DNA from: a virus
Taxonomy: Duplodnaviria > Caudoviricetes
IMG/VR virus record: IMGVR_UViG_3300033475_000031
Location: 1 to 52,841 of that record
Direction: 5' to 3' (one strand)
Length of the DNA: 52,841 bases
Part shown: positions 52,735-52,841 of the stretch, piece after piece
Layout: every line of letters begins with the position of its first letter
Numbering within the stretch: position 1 is the first letter of the stretch
Translations under genes and position numbers: made by a program
Notes under the pieces: generated by a model
Databases searched by the model: none
What the model was told of the DNA's origin: nothing
What the model saw: the letters and a program-made list of their open reading frames with translations, nothing else

Positions 52735-52841
52735 ATGATTGCTGATCTTGAACTCCCGAACTTCCTGAAAAGCGAGCGTGGCAAGAAGATGCCGCGTGCG
52801 ATCAGATGGAAGAGGTTGCCCAAGGCGTCACCGCCCGAGGG
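52735..52841 (+). CDS. Partial CDS running off the window (MIADLELPNFLK...)
   Basis: CCGAATGAGGT leader at 52719-52729. Confidence 0.65.
   Translation, partial: MIADLELPNFLKSERGKKMPRAIRWKRLPKASPPE

Noticed and set aside
1-52841. tRNA, rRNA, integrase, repressor or replication genes
   Set aside because: None were recognised by eye. Lifestyle cannot be determined from this window, and tRNAscan or Infernal would be needed to exclude small RNAs.

Overview
The window is a contiguous piece of a tailed dsDNA phage genome (siphovirus, GC roughly 60-63% by eye). The host is probably alphaproteobacterial, judged from the RcGTA-type tail tip module (DUF2460 x2, DUF2163, NlpC/P60, megatron-like). The + strand (270-44734) carries terS/terL, then a ~12 kb accessory block between terminase and portal (cold-shock protein, TPR-glycosyltransferase, Ser/Thr/Gly-rich fibre genes, three tandem paralogues, an antisense HNH-AP2 gene). 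Next come the head module, the tail module with a -1 frameshift chaperone, the lysis genes and a two-gene lipoprotein moron. The - strand (44885-52620) carries early genes, including an FkbM methyltransferase, a gamma-glutamylcyclotransferase and an amidoligase. Three things stand out. (1) The head proteins look like polyproteins: portal, MuF, a stand-alone cargo protein and the prohead protease carry nucleotide-targeting domains (degenerate Acb1-like 2H fold, inorganic pyrophosphatase, RelA/SpoT synthetase, ART-PolyVal, a possible SAM-lyase-like fold). Most modules begin with a repeated L-L/I-K-F/Y...G-Q/E/R-F/W tag and are bounded by hydrophobic-X-Lys sites. (2) Two short DNA motifs are strongly over-represented across the window, CTACGGAA and GTA-N-TAC; the extended GTA-N-TAC copies lie in sigma70 promoter spacers. 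(3) A conserved CCGAATGAGG leader precedes early genes. No tRNA, CRISPR array, integrase or replication genes were seen. All family assignments come from motif recognition by eye, not from database searches.
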